A DNA stretch of 64,000 bases. It comes from a virus. The position numbers and the translations under genes are program-made. Shown here piece by piece: positions 9,858-20,211 of this stretch. The first letter of the stretch is position 1; each line of letters opens with the position of its first letter. Under the pieces are notes generated by a model, which was given only the letters and a program-made list of their open reading frames with translations, had not been told where the DNA came from and made no database searches. The stretch covers positions 51,003-115,002 of IMG/VR virus record IMGVR_UViG_3300030104_004642; one strand, given 5' to 3'.

Positions 9858-10502
9858 TCATGCCAATGTGGGAGTAGCATTTCCATCATCTCTTCCCTGC
9901 TCATTCTTACCAATTCTGAAGTCCTGTACCTGGAAGGTTACAGTGAATTCTTCAATGGTATCAGTGGAATCATAACTCAGGTCAATGGCAGAAACTTCTG
10001 TTGGGAAGATGCCACTGAATTTATATGATCTCAGGATAATCTGCTCTTTGTTATCAGCAGGGTGCTTATCACCATTTCTGTTCTTACCTCTACCCAGTTG
10101 ACTTACATAAGCACTAGTCATGTAAGAACTGGGATTAGCAAGACCAGTGCCATGTGAAAGGTCACTGATGGTGTTCATCCAACCTTCAAAAGCAGATCTC
10201 AGGTTGAAATCCTCATCATTGATGATTGTAATGGTCCAAGGTTCAAATGTTCTGTCACCAGCAACTTTCAGGATTCTACCCCTGAAAGGAACTGGAATTT
10301 CAGCAACAGTTGAAGCAGGAAGCTGAGCAGCCTTGCAAAGGAATCTCAGATCATTCCGTGTTTCTTTTGACCACAAAGTTCCTTTATCTGAGATACCTGC
10401 AGGAAATGATGGAATAGAAACCTCAAATAGGTTGGGGCGGGCGCCCCCACCTTTTAGTCTATTCTTAAAACCTTCAATGTTCTTTGTGTTAATCTTTGAC
10501 AT
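9858..10502 (-). CDS. gp19: Tail tube protein gp19
   Basis: GGGARPNLFEV, FRGRILKVAGDRTFEPWTITI and IEEFTVTFQ motifs. Confidence 0.97.
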   Translation of the reverse strand: MSKINTKNIEGFKNRLKGGGARPNLFEVSIPSFPAGISDKGTLWSKETRNDLRFLCKAAQLPASTVAEIPVPFRGRILKVAGDRTFEPWTITIINDEDFNLRSAFEGWMNTISDLSHGTGLANPSSYMTSAYVSQLGRGKNRNGDKHPADNKEQIILRSYKFSGIFPTEVSAIDLSYDSTDTIEEFTVTFQVQDFRIGKNEQGRDDGNATPTLA

Positions 10503-10539
10503 GTTTGTTTACCTCTTGGTGTTATTGCTAGAATTATGA

Positions 10540-12750
10540 TCAGGAACCAGTAACTTCAGAGAAGCTAATGCCACCTCTTGTAGCAACAAAGGTAAGAGTT
10601 ACAAAGTTGATTGATCTTGCAGGTTGAATGAAGATGTCAGCTCTAAACTCATTATTATCAACAATATCAGGTGTGTTGTTAGTATCATCACAAATAACTC
10701 TAAAGTCTTCAATACCTCTCTGTGCCTGAATATCAGTCAGGAAAGGTTCAACAATATTGATAAAGTTTGCTCTGGTTGCAGCATCATTGAGTTCAAACAG
10801 TTGATCATTAGCAGCATCTTCAAGCGCTTGTTCAACAACAAGGAACAGTCTTCTGACATTGATTCTGTCAAAAGCAGACTTGTAACTGAGAGCAGTTTTA
10901 TCACCAAACAGAATTGTGCCAGCAGCATTTTGATTTACAACTGGGTTAATTCTATTGCTATAAAGTTGATCTCTCTGTGCTTTGTTGGGGTTGTATGCCA
11001 ACTTGACAACATTATTCAGTGTTCCTCTTGCCTGACCAGCAGGTGAGAACCAGGGCAGGAATACAGAATTGTTTCTTGCCATGATACCAGCAATGTCACC
11101 ATTCAGAGGAATAAATCTGAACTCATTGTTGAATCTGTCAAAGACATACTTATAACCACTATCAAATACAGCAAAGGATGATCCTGTAAGTTGTCCATAA
11201 TACTTCAGGACATTATTAGTAGCAGTAGTGGAGTTAGTTACATTAACCACATTTGCTCTATGGGGGGAGATAACTGCCTGACAATCCTTTCTTTGATCAG
11301 CAATAGAAATCAGAAGATTTGCTTTTGCTTGAGTAGAAAGTTCATCATTCATTGAACCACCCATAAGCAGGAAGTCCAGTGCTACCTCATCCTTATTATC
11401 AAACAGGTTATATCCATTAAGGATGTCACCAAGGGCAGCTGCCATTCCACCAGTAGCAGAATAATCTTGACCACCAGTCAGTGAGTATGAGATATTACCA
11501 ATAAGGTTAAACTTGACATTCTGTGCATTTACACCCCATGCACCATCACCTGCTGTGACAGGAGCAAATCCAGAGGAGAAACCACCAGCAACAGCGTTTC
11601 TTCCATTAGGAACATCTGTGTTGTTACCAGCAGCAGCACCAGCAAAGATATACTGTGAGTTATTTGCCAAGAAGTTCTTATAGTAGTTCTTGACAGGTGC
11701 ATTTCCATCCTCTTCAGAATCCTTTGCCTTAGAAAGGAAGAAGTTAGTTTCAAGGATGTTTCCATTGACTCCTGTTACAGCACCCTCATCATCAACAACC
11801 ACTACGTGATAGGCATCACCAGTAGCGTTTCTGGTTGAAGCATAGTTGTTGTCAACAGGCTTGGGAGCAAGAGTCTTCCAGAAGATTGTGCTGTTATCCA
11901 GTGCCAGTTTCTGTTGATCATACCAGTCAACAGATGATACTGTTGTGATTTGAGCACCAACACCAGTGCTACCACCAGTGTTAATACCAGCACTATTAAC
12001 TAAGAAGATACCCTTTGAAGCACCAATGGATTTGAGATCACTTGAACTCTCATAGGTGCAAGCATATTCAGTTCCTGCATCTGTTGTAGCAGCAGAAACC
12101 TGAGAAATGATCCTAACATCAATTGTGCTCAGTGCATTGGAAGAGGAATCAGTTGAGACACCAGTGATTATTGCTTTCAGATGACCAGCAAATGCTGTTG
12201 TTGTACCAGCACCAGGGACTGCTCCACTGATTGCCATGGTAACACCATGACCAACAACTGCACCAAAGGCAGAAAGGTCAGTGGTGGTAATACCAATAGT
12301 TTGGTCTGCCTGGTTATCAATAGTACAGACTTTTAGTTTATTATTGATTTCTCCTGCCTCTCTTGAAGCAAAGAACCAATCAGAGGCACTGGAATGATTT
12401 GCCTCATAATCATCATAATTTTTAATTTTAACATCTGTTGCTGCAATTGCTACACCAGCATTTGCATTCTTCAGGTTTGTACCATCAATTCTAACCACCT
12501 GGAGTGATCCACCATAGGTGAGGAATTCAGATGCAACCATCCAATCCTCATATTGATTATCGTTGTCCTGAGGTCTACCAAAGATCTCAAGCAATTGACT
12601 CTGATTTGTAATCAGAACAGATTCTTCAATTGGTCCACTTTTAAATGGTGCAGCAATAGCACCAATATTATCAAGAACATTATCAGGTCTACCAACTGTA
12701 AGGTCTACTTCCCTGACCAATACACCTGGAGATAATTGAGGAGTTGCCAT
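10540..12750 (-). CDS. gp18: Tail sheath protein gp18
   Basis: SPGVLVREVDLT, PWFSPAGQARG and SAFDRINVRRLFL motifs; late-promoter-like TCTAAATA at 12789-12796. Confidence 0.98.
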   Translation of the reverse strand: MATPQLSPGVLVREVDLTVGRPDNVLDNIGAIAAPFKSGPIEESVLITNQSQLLEIFGRPQDNDNQYEDWMVASEFLTYGGSLQVVRIDGTNLKNANAGVAIAATDVKIKNYDDYEANHSSASDWFFASREAGEINNKLKVCTIDNQADQTIGITTTDLSAFGAVVGHGVTMAISGAVPGAGTTTAFAGHLKAIITGVSTDSSSNALSTIDVRIISQVSAATTDAGTEYACTYESSSDLKSIGASKGIFLVNSAGINTGGSTGVGAQITTVSSVDWYDQQKLALDNSTIFWKTLAPKPVDNNYASTRNATGDAYHVVVVDDEGAVTGVNGNILETNFFLSKAKDSEEDGNAPVKNYYKNFLANNSQYIFAGAAAGNNTDVPNGRNAVAGGFSSGFAPVTAGDGAWGVNAQNVKFNLIGNISYSLTGGQDYSATGGMAAALGDILNGYNLFDNKDEVALDFLLMGGSMNDELSTQAKANLLISIADQRKDCQAVISPHRANVVNVTNSTTATNNVLKYYGQLTGSSFAVFDSGYKYVFDRFNNEFRFIPLNGDIAGIMARNNSVFLPWFSPAGQARGTLNNVVKLAYNPNKAQRDQLYSNRINPVVNQNAAGTILFGDKTALSYKSAFDRINVRRLFLVVEQALEDAANDQLFELNDAATRANFINIVEPFLTDIQAQRGIEDFRVICDDTNNTPDIVDNNEFRADIFIQPARSINFVTLTFVATRGGISFSEVTGS

Positions 12751-12832
12751 TAAATTACTCTCCTTAAGTTCTCATTATTGACTGAAATTATTTAGATTTT
12801 TCGAGTGTTTCAGTGGGGAAATAGGAAGTGAA

Positions 12833-13063
12833 CTACCAATCTGGATACTGCCAATCAACAAATGGTGTCTTTTTCTTTCTTGACTCTATGATTCTATTAA
12901 TAGTACATCCCTTACATTCATAAGAATAGGAGGACGCCACAGGTCCTCTATCTTTTCTTGTCCTGTAAAAACTATCTACTAAATTCATCTCCTTCTCACA
13001 AACCCTACACACCCTTGTGTCAAGTAAGAGATGACCTAATTTTATCTGCTCGTCAAAATCCAT
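12833..13063 (-). CDS. Hypothetical CxxC...CxxC zinc-binding protein
   Basis: CRVC...FYRTRK...YSYECKGC; start placed at MDFDEQ rather than the track's 13111. Confidence 0.7.
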   Translation of the reverse strand: MDFDEQIKLGHLLLDTRVCRVCEKEMNLVDSFYRTRKDRGPVASSYSYECKGCTINRIIESRKKKTPFVDWQYPDW

Positions 13064-13295
13064 ACTCTGGTTCTTCTTCCAATACTGTATGACTAAATTT
13101 TTCAACATCAAAATATGATGTACGATTCATCCTACCTTCCCTCTCATCCAGAACCTCATTAATGAGTATCTTCAACTCTTTAACAAGTTCAGGAGTTATG
13201 ACCCTTCTGGGGGTCACACTCATTGGATTAGTTCTACTTGCTTTCTTTGATTTTGTTCTGGAGATTCCCATCCCCTGTGTGTCAATCTTACTCAT
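13053..13295 (-). CDS. Hypothetical protein
   Basis: 80 aa, coupled to the purM stop; MSKIDTQGM...ELKILINEVLDER. Confidence 0.7.
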   Translation of the reverse strand: MSKIDTQGMGISRTKSKKASRTNPMSVTPRRVITPELVKELKILINEVLDEREGRMNRTSYFDVEKFSHTVLEEEPEYGF

Positions 13296-14224
13296 TTAAT
13301 CTCTCCAATTACCCAAGATCTCATTCCAAAGGGTGGTTCAGATATCAAGGTTTGAGTATCTATGACAGTTTCTTGCGGAACAATAACGCAGAATCCAATA
13401 CCAAGATTAAATACCTTTCTCATCTCTTTCTCCTCAATATCACCTGCTTCCTCAATCTTGTTGAATAACTCTGGACGTGGCCAAGACCAATAATCAACAT
13501 CAGCAGTCAAACCCTCAGGTAGACATCTGGGAAGATTTCCTGGAATACCACCACCAGTGATATGTGCCATACCTAAAATAGGAACCTCATCCAACAATGA
13601 TTGAATCAGTGGTGAATAGATTGTGGTTGGTTCTAGTAACTCTGGTATCTCCTTGTAGGTGATATAGTTTCTCCAGAGCATATCATTGATAAGAGAATAA
13701 CCATTGCTGTGAAGACCACTACTCTCAATGCCAATAATCTTATCACCAGGTCTGATATTAGATCCATTAACAATATCCCTTCTCTCAACTATCCCTGTGC
13801 AGAATCCACCAAGATCATATCCACTTGCAAACCTACCATGCTCAGCAGTTTCTCCTCCTAAGAGATCCATTTCTGCAATCTCACAACCCTTGATAATCCC
13901 AGAGATAATATCATCCACATTACTGTCTAGTTTTTTAGTGGATATGTAGTCAAGAAAATACAATGGTTTAGCACCACAGCAGATCACATCATTGACACAC
14001 ATAGCAACAAGATCCTGACCAATGGTGGTGTAATCAAAAGCAATTCTGCAGACATTGATTTTGGTTCCCACCCCATCAGCACCAGATACTAAAACAGGCT
14101 CCTCATATCCAGAGGGAACCTGAAACATACCATTAAATCCACCAATGGATGGAAGTTTTGTTTTGAGTCTATCCACAAAAGCATCACCTGCTTCTATGTC
14201 TACACCAGAAGATTTATAGTTCAT
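13292..14224 (-). CDS. purM: Phosphoribosylaminoimidazole (AIR) synthetase, auxiliary metabolic gene
   Basis: YKSSGVDI, DGVGTK, DLVAMCVND, GGETAEH, SSGLHSNGYSL, AHITGGG and FNLGIG motifs. Confidence 0.97.
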   Translation of the reverse strand: MNYKSSGVDIEAGDAFVDRLKTKLPSIGGFNGMFQVPSGYEEPVLVSGADGVGTKINVCRIAFDYTTIGQDLVAMCVNDVICCGAKPLYFLDYISTKKLDSNVDDIISGIIKGCEIAEMDLLGGETAEHGRFASGYDLGGFCTGIVERRDIVNGSNIRPGDKIIGIESSGLHSNGYSLINDMLWRNYITYKEIPELLEPTTIYSPLIQSLLDEVPILGMAHITGGGIPGNLPRCLPEGLTADVDYWSWPRPELFNKIEEAGDIEEKEMRKVFNLGIGFCVIVPQETVIDTQTLISEPPFGMRSWVIGEIK

Positions 14225-14489
14225 TGATGATACCCCTCCTTACAAGGTCAAGTCTTTCAAGTTTCCAAGCAATATAGTCAATGGTTGGAACACACTGTGT
14301 ATTCCAACCAACAAATCCATGTGTTTCACCTGATGGCATTACCCAACAAGGAGCATCATTATTTTCAAGATTTAATGACTCCCTGTATGCTTCATCACCC
14401 ATCATTATCACTGCTATTTCAGCCTCATTCAAGACACTGAAACAACTAAAACAACCTTCTTTAATGATATCAGGGATTTTCTGTTTCAT
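14214..14489 (-). CDS. Hypothetical protein
   Basis: 91 aa, overlaps its neighbours in operon fashion. Confidence 0.65.
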   Translation of the reverse strand: MKQKIPDIIKEGCFSCFSVLNEAEIAVIMMGDEAYRESLNLENNDAPCWVMPSGETHGFVGWNTQCVPTIDYIAWKLERLDLVRRGIINEL

Positions 14490-15033
14490 ATTTCAAGATA
14501 CATTCTTTCAATGATTTAATAGTCATGCCAGGTGTTGCTCCTGCCCATAGTGCCTCCCTTTCAATCCTTACAATTGTTGGATCTTTGAGTCCATACAGGT
14601 ATATTGCATTTTCTGTGTGTTCAGAGGGAACCACACCAGAATTCATATATATCCTTTCTAAACTTGTATTGTAAAGACCAGCCTTACAATCCTGAACCAC
14701 ATGCCAACCCTCATGTCTGAGCACATCAATAAGTGCTTCATCATCATTATCAATGTGACCCATATTTAAATAAATCACATTAGCATCTGAATAATATAGA
14801 CCACGATAGTTTTCCTTAAAGTAATAAGGGAATGCCTTATAAACTCCTATATGCAACTCTTCAAGATTAGTAAGGATATCCCTCACCTCACCCTCATAGT
14901 CCTCTGATTTTACCTCATAAACCTCGTAAACACAATCATTTCTTCTCATACATCCCCTACCATCATATTCAGATGACAATGCTGGTAATGTAATCAGTGA
15001 TGCTGTTGCTAATAACGTAAGTAGTTTTTTCAT
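14470..15033 (-). CDS. Putative secreted HExxH zinc-metallopeptidase-like protein
   Basis: Signal-peptide-like N-terminus (MKKLLTLLATASLITLPALS), LRHEGWHVVQDC and a downstream EREA. Confidence 0.65.
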   Translation of the reverse strand: MKKLLTLLATASLITLPALSSEYDGRGCMRRNDCVYEVYEVKSEDYEGEVRDILTNLEELHIGVYKAFPYYFKENYRGLYYSDANVIYLNMGHIDNDDEALIDVLRHEGWHVVQDCKAGLYNTSLERIYMNSGVVPSEHTENAIYLYGLKDPTIVRIEREALWAGATPGMTIKSLKECILKYETENP

Positions 15034-16685
15034 CTAAAATTCCACATGTAGTCCATTCCTCCACCCTTATCACCATATTCATCAGTGAACCATCTGTCAC
15101 CATCATCATCTACAAATGTAGAATCTTCTAGTCCATCATTGATGAAACCAAATGGTGCCATATCCTGCTCAATCTGATTCTTTTGTTCATCATACAATCT
15201 TTTTCTAACATCCTGATCAGTCAATTCCTTAAAGTAATCTTGTGCTACCAACCAGGCATAGATGACCAGACACATAGCAAGGTCATCATTACATCCTTCC
15301 TCTGCCTCAAAAGAATTGTGTTTAGATATAAAGGTGGTTAGTTCTGATATAATCTCATAATCATTGATAAAAAGTTTATCCTCTTCAATCAATGTCTTGA
15401 GGTTAAGGGAACCAACCTTCTTTACTGTCTTAGACATCTTCAATCCAAGTTGAGTTTTTTGTCCAGAGAATCCTTGTCCAACAGTTTGACCTGCTCTCCC
15501 CCTCATAGAGCACATTAGTAGGTTCTGATATTCTAAGTCATACTGTAGGATACTGGCAACCTGATCTCCAATATCATTTACCTCACATAACACAAAGGCT
15601 TCATTATATTTCCTTGCTAATTCCCAAATAATATTAGGGAATAGCATTGGTTTTATTGTGTTATTTCTATATTTTGCTACAACCTTATGAGGAAACTGTG
15701 TTATATCTGTGATGATAAAGGCAGAGTAATCATTACCCACTCCCCTTGCCACATCAACAGTCATCACATAATCATGTTTTCTCTTTGGAGGTTCATATAC
15801 ATCTAATCCAGCATTCCTTTGTATGGGGTTGTCATAAATTAGTGTTTTAAGTTTGCTTGGAGCAATCAGTGTATCAACAGATCCTAAGAACTCACACTCA
15901 AACTCAATCTTAAACTGCTGTTCAGAGGTGTTCTTGATTGTCTGTTTCTTCCACTTCTCATCCCTACCAGGAACCTCAGACCAGTGAACATCAGTTGGAA
16001 TATAATCATTACTCCCATTCTCAGCATCATGCCACATCCTGTAAAAGTGGTTCATGCCATGGGGCGTTGATACTATAATGACTTTTGTTGATTTACCAGA
16101 AGTAATAGTAGGATAAACAGATGCAAAGAAGGCATCAGCGATGTGATTTGGAACGAACGCGAACTCATCAAGGAAGAGGATATTGAACGACATGCCTCTG
16201 ACAGCACTTGCAGATGTAGAAGCTGCCAGTATCTTACTGCCATTCTCTAACTCCAATGATCCTTTGTTCCATGATAGAATACCCTGTTGCATCCATTTAG
16301 GCAAGTTCTCATATGCTACTTGCAACCTACTCAGAAGTTCTCTAGCAGTTGATGCTTTGTTAGCGAGGATGCCAATATTAACACTGTCATTAAAGACAAC
16401 ATGGTGAAGAAGAAAAGAAATAACAGTCGTGCTTTTGCCAGTCTGTCTTGGCATCTTGCAGATGTTAAATCTATTCTTGTAAAAGTTTTTAATAAGTTTT
16501 TCTTGGAAGTCATAGGTCTTAAATGGTTGTAGACCATGATCAAGAGTCACGATTTTAACATGATTCTGTGCAAAGTAGACAGGATCATCCTTACACTTCA
16601 AATACTCTTCAATATTTTCCTGTGTAAACTCAATTGGGGTATTAGCCTTCTTGAGATTAGGATTACCAAGATAAATTTCACTCAT
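15030..16685 (-). CDS. gp17: Terminase large subunit gp17
   Basis: PRQTGKS (Walker A), FLDEFAF (Walker B), VSTPHGMNHFY, DVARG and NDDLAM motifs. Confidence 0.99.
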   Translation of the reverse strand: MSEIYLGNPNLKKANTPIEFTQENIEEYLKCKDDPVYFAQNHVKIVTLDHGLQPFKTYDFQEKLIKNFYKNRFNICKMPRQTGKSTTVISFLLHHVVFNDSVNIGILANKASTARELLSRLQVAYENLPKWMQQGILSWNKGSLELENGSKILAASTSASAVRGMSFNILFLDEFAFVPNHIADAFFASVYPTITSGKSTKVIIVSTPHGMNHFYRMWHDAENGSNDYIPTDVHWSEVPGRDEKWKKQTIKNTSEQQFKIEFECEFLGSVDTLIAPSKLKTLIYDNPIQRNAGLDVYEPPKRKHDYVMTVDVARGVGNDYSAFIITDITQFPHKVVAKYRNNTIKPMLFPNIIWELARKYNEAFVLCEVNDIGDQVASILQYDLEYQNLLMCSMRGRAGQTVGQGFSGQKTQLGLKMSKTVKKVGSLNLKTLIEEDKLFINDYEIISELTTFISKHNSFEAEEGCNDDLAMCLVIYAWLVAQDYFKELTDQDVRKRLYDEQKNQIEQDMAPFGFINDGLEDSTFVDDDGDRWFTDEYGDKGGGMDYMWNFR

Positions 16686-16691
16686 ATTTTT

Positions 16692-19600
16692 TTATACAGT
16701 TGTTGTTGTCAGTGCGATACCTACATCTCCACCACTGAAGAAGTCATCAACCAGTTGCTGTGAATTGTTTATAGCACCACCTGCTCCATGACTAATGAAG
16801 ATTGGGTTGCCATCACAAGCCGCATCCTTAGTAGCAATGACTTCACTATTTGATTCATCAAAGATATCAAGAGTATTGTTAGAGTGATATCTGATCGAGA
16901 ACTTAGTGCTTCCAGGATTAGGGTCAGTCCACTTGGTGGCAGAGTAGTTAGAATTACCAGTGTTGAAAGTCATTCCACCCAAATCCACTATCTCCTCAGA
17001 GGTATTCGTCTTATAACTCCAGTCCCAAAGTCCAGTACTATTCTCCACATTAGTAAGACCAGATGTAGCATTACCAGTTTTCCATTCTCCAATGCGAGTA
17101 TTGGTCTGAGTGAGAGGAAGTTGCCAGTGCATCTTATATCCTGCTGCTAAACCATCCTTGTGTCTCCATACTTGGTCTGCTGCATAAGCAAGTGGGTTAC
17201 CAGTGCTGTGAATACCTACACCACCAAGATCTTGGTTCTCGGGGAATCCACCAATCCTCCAGTTCTTCCAGGGGTTGTAGTAGTTGGGTGGTTCGTGAGC
17301 AATCTCCCATCCATATACTTCAACACCTGTGGTGGATGTAGGAATTCTGGTTGAGTCACCTCCCATAGAGATAAAGACAGGATTACCATCCAGTGCAGAG
17401 TTGGATACTGCCAGTGTCTCCCTTACACCTGCTCTAACTACATCAAGTTTCAGTTTATTATCACCAGCATCATACTTTAATCTACAACTTTGTCCCGCAG
17501 TGGTTGTTGTTATATTTGCCTGAACGGTGACTCCACCATCCTGATATGCCTGTGTTTTTAACTCACCATCTCTACGGAAACGGAATCCAACACTATATGA
17601 TCCATCAAAGTTAGAATCTAGAACACCAATAATCATATTGTGTTTGGTAGAACCATTATTATTGATGGATAGTTGAGTCCAGATAAATTCTTCTCCTGGT
17701 CTCAATTTCTCACCCCAAGTAACATTGAAAGCACTATTGGTAATAGTCTTAAAACCATTAGAAACATCTAGCGACTCTGATGCTGTCTTCAAAGGCATCG
17801 TGTTTTGTTTTAAATTTAATGCAGTATTTCGATTGCTACCAGATGACCAGTCACGGTACTCCATGAACCAGTTTGCTTCATTCCACTCCCACTCATACTG
17901 AACATAGTCTGACAATACGTCATCAGAGTTATTCACAGATAGGAGATATGGATACATGTCACCACCATCAAGTGAATCATCACCAGTAATAATTACCTCA
18001 TCAGTATCTTCATCAAAGATATCCCAGGTGTTATCAGAGTTATATCTCCAAGAACAATTTCTTCCTGGCATAGCAAGAGTGGTGGTGCTAGTATCCAAAG
18101 CAGTGTAATTTGCATTGACAGTAGCATCCTCATGAGCAGTGAACTTCTCCTGATTAGTAAGTCTCCAAGTCATCTCACCTGCCTGATAGGCATTGTTCTC
18201 ACCACTACCTAGGTCTTCTGTTCCCTCAAAGTTTGTTGACCAATACTGATTACCAGCAGTTGTTGGAACTGTAAACTTAACCTTCATTCCAGGTCTCAAT
18301 GATCTATTAGATTTCCATACATCATTAGTTTTGGTTCCATTGTAGAAACTATGACCAGGACGATCTGAATCAGTATAAGATTTAATAGTAAAATCTTGTG
18401 ATCTAATTTGTGATACTGATGGAAGATTTCCTGGTGTTGATGCTTGAGTACCCTCTTCAGATGAGAAGTAGATATAAGTTTCAGTTGCTCCTACTCCAAC
18501 ATTTGCTGAGGAGAGTAACCAGTCATATGCAGTGGTGATTTCCCAGAGTTGTAATTTCTCTGTTTGGTGGTCAAATCTAATAGCATATGTCCCATTTTCA
18601 ACAACAATATCTTTATTCAGTTCAACACCCGTTCCAGCATAAGTTCCATTTTTTGCATCCCAATCATCATCTGAGACATCATAATACCACTTGGTAGACC
18701 AGTTTGATTTATTATTTACATTTGTAACACCTGTTACACCAGTGCCACCATTCCAAATACCAACATGAAGATCTTCAGCAGGAATTGCAAAGAGCATTTC
18801 TTCTCCTCTTTTCAACTTAGTTCCATAGTAAACTACACCCTTATCCTTATCATGTTGATTATTTTCTAGGTAATCATTTGTGTTATGAAATTTGAAATTA
18901 GTTTGATTCTGGTAGTATCTAACTGTGCTAATACCAGGAACATGAATGTTATCTGAAATAGCAAAAGAAATAGTAATTGGACTACCATTCTCAGCAGTAG
19001 AAGCAGTTCCAACCACATGATTGTTATCATCTTGATTGATAAGTTTTAACTTATTATCATCACCATCATATCTCAATATGAGATGATCTCCAGCTTGAAG
19101 ACCCTCATATCTATTACTGGCATGTCCAGTGTGGGCAAAACCAATAGAGTCATATGCACTACTCTCAAAAGATACATGATGACCATTGCCTAATGACCTT
19201 CTTATACGAAGCATCTTTTCCCACAGGGATTGATGACCAGCATTTGAGGGATCATATGAGGTAGAACCTCCCCACTTACCAACAAACACTGATCCAGTAT
19301 CTTCTGCCACATGACCCCATTCCATCTGTTGGTATGGTTTCAGTTGAACACCATAGTAAAATGGGTTGTTAGCAGTTGGTGGGTTGGTGGTCGTAATACC
19401 AGGACCCTCAGTAGAGAAACCAGCACCAGGACTTAGATATTGCTGATACCATTCAAACTCATTGATTGTTGTGTTGTGTGTTGGAACACCTGTGAGACCA
19501 CTGTAAGGAAAATTGGTAGCATTTGTAAGATCAAATGCTGGTTGTGCAATTGAATCACCAAGAGTAAAGTTAACTCCACCAAGTCCAGTGATGTGTGGAG

Positions 19601-20210
19601 AGAGTTGAGTAGAATCAATCAGTCCTGTAATTTTAGATCCATCTATACTATCAACGTCTCCACCCTCAATAAAGATGGTTGCAACGCCTGCAGTTGGTGA
19701 AGTAATAGTAGATATACCGCTACCTCTAAAATCAAATAACGTAACACCTGTACCAACATATCCACCACTGGTTGTAATACCAACCTGGTCAATAGATATA
19801 TTTGCGACATCATTTTGTACCGTAATAAGGTCAATAGCACCCTTGAAGTTGAGGGTAGTGCCTCCACCAACTAGTGCTCCGTTATTCTGAATATTAATTT
19901 CGTTAGACTTCTTATTCGCCTGGTCATTGATATAGTCAATAACTTGTGCCAGACTAAAACCAAGATCACCTACAAGGAACTGTCCAGTTTTGTTCTTAAT
20001 TCTAGTGGGAAGGATTCTTTTAAAAAGTCTCCTTGGTGTTACTCCATCCCTACTAAACTGGTCACTTCTAGTAATCCTAATTTTTCCTGGACGGTTAGGG
20101 TTTTCAATTGCCACAACAACACCACCCAGAGGTGCAGAGGGAACTCTTGTTCCTTGAAAGAAGATGGCGCCTTGACTGACATCTCCATGAATTGTTACGT
20201 TTCTTGCCAT
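16692..20210 (-). CDS. Large virion/fibre-associated protein with five tandem beta-rich domains
   Basis: 1172 aa, Gly/Thr/Asn/Trp-rich with visible internal repeats; in the gp16-gp17 island. Confidence 0.7.
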   Translation of the reverse strand: MARNVTIHGDVSQGAIFFQGTRVPSAPLGGVVVAIENPNRPGKIRITRSDQFSRDGVTPRRLFKRILPTRIKNKTGQFLVGDLGFSLAQVIDYINDQANKKSNEINIQNNGALVGGGTTLNFKGAIDLITVQNDVANISIDQVGITTSGGYVGTGVTLFDFRGSGISTITSPTAGVATIFIEGGDVDSIDGSKITGLIDSTQLSPHITGLGGVNFTLGDSIAQPAFDLTNATNFPYSGLTGVPTHNTTINEFEWYQQYLSPGAGFSTEGPGITTTNPPTANNPFYYGVQLKPYQQMEWGHVAEDTGSVFVGKWGGSTSYDPSNAGHQSLWEKMLRIRRSLGNGHHVSFESSAYDSIGFAHTGHASNRYEGLQAGDHLILRYDGDDNKLKLINQDDNNHVVGTASTAENGSPITISFAISDNIHVPGISTVRYYQNQTNFKFHNTNDYLENNQHDKDKGVVYYGTKLKRGEEMLFAIPAEDLHVGIWNGGTGVTGVTNVNNKSNWSTKWYYDVSDDDWDAKNGTYAGTGVELNKDIVVENGTYAIRFDHQTEKLQLWEITTAYDWLLSSANVGVGATETYIYFSSEEGTQASTPGNLPSVSQIRSQDFTIKSYTDSDRPGHSFYNGTKTNDVWKSNRSLRPGMKVKFTVPTTAGNQYWSTNFEGTEDLGSGENNAYQAGEMTWRLTNQEKFTAHEDATVNANYTALDTSTTTLAMPGRNCSWRYNSDNTWDIFDEDTDEVIITGDDSLDGGDMYPYLLSVNNSDDVLSDYVQYEWEWNEANWFMEYRDWSSGSNRNTALNLKQNTMPLKTASESLDVSNGFKTITNSAFNVTWGEKLRPGEEFIWTQLSINNNGSTKHNMIIGVLDSNFDGSYSVGFRFRRDGELKTQAYQDGGVTVQANITTTTAGQSCRLKYDAGDNKLKLDVVRAGVRETLAVSNSALDGNPVFISMGGDSTRIPTSTTGVEVYGWEIAHEPPNYYNPWKNWRIGGFPENQDLGGVGIHSTGNPLAYAADQVWRHKDGLAAGYKMHWQLPLTQTNTRIGEWKTGNATSGLTNVENSTGLWDWSYKTNTSEEIVDLGGMTFNTGNSNYSATKWTDPNPGSTKFSIRYHSNNTLDIFDESNSEVIATKDAACDGNPIFISHGAGGAINNSQQLVDDFFSGGDVGIALTTTTV

Positions 20211-20211
20211 C

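Noticed and set aside
15030-16685. Intein or intron in gp17 (also considered for uvsW, gp20, gp23)
   Set aside because: Lengths and motif spacing are normal; no splice-junction or homing-endonuclease motifs were seen.
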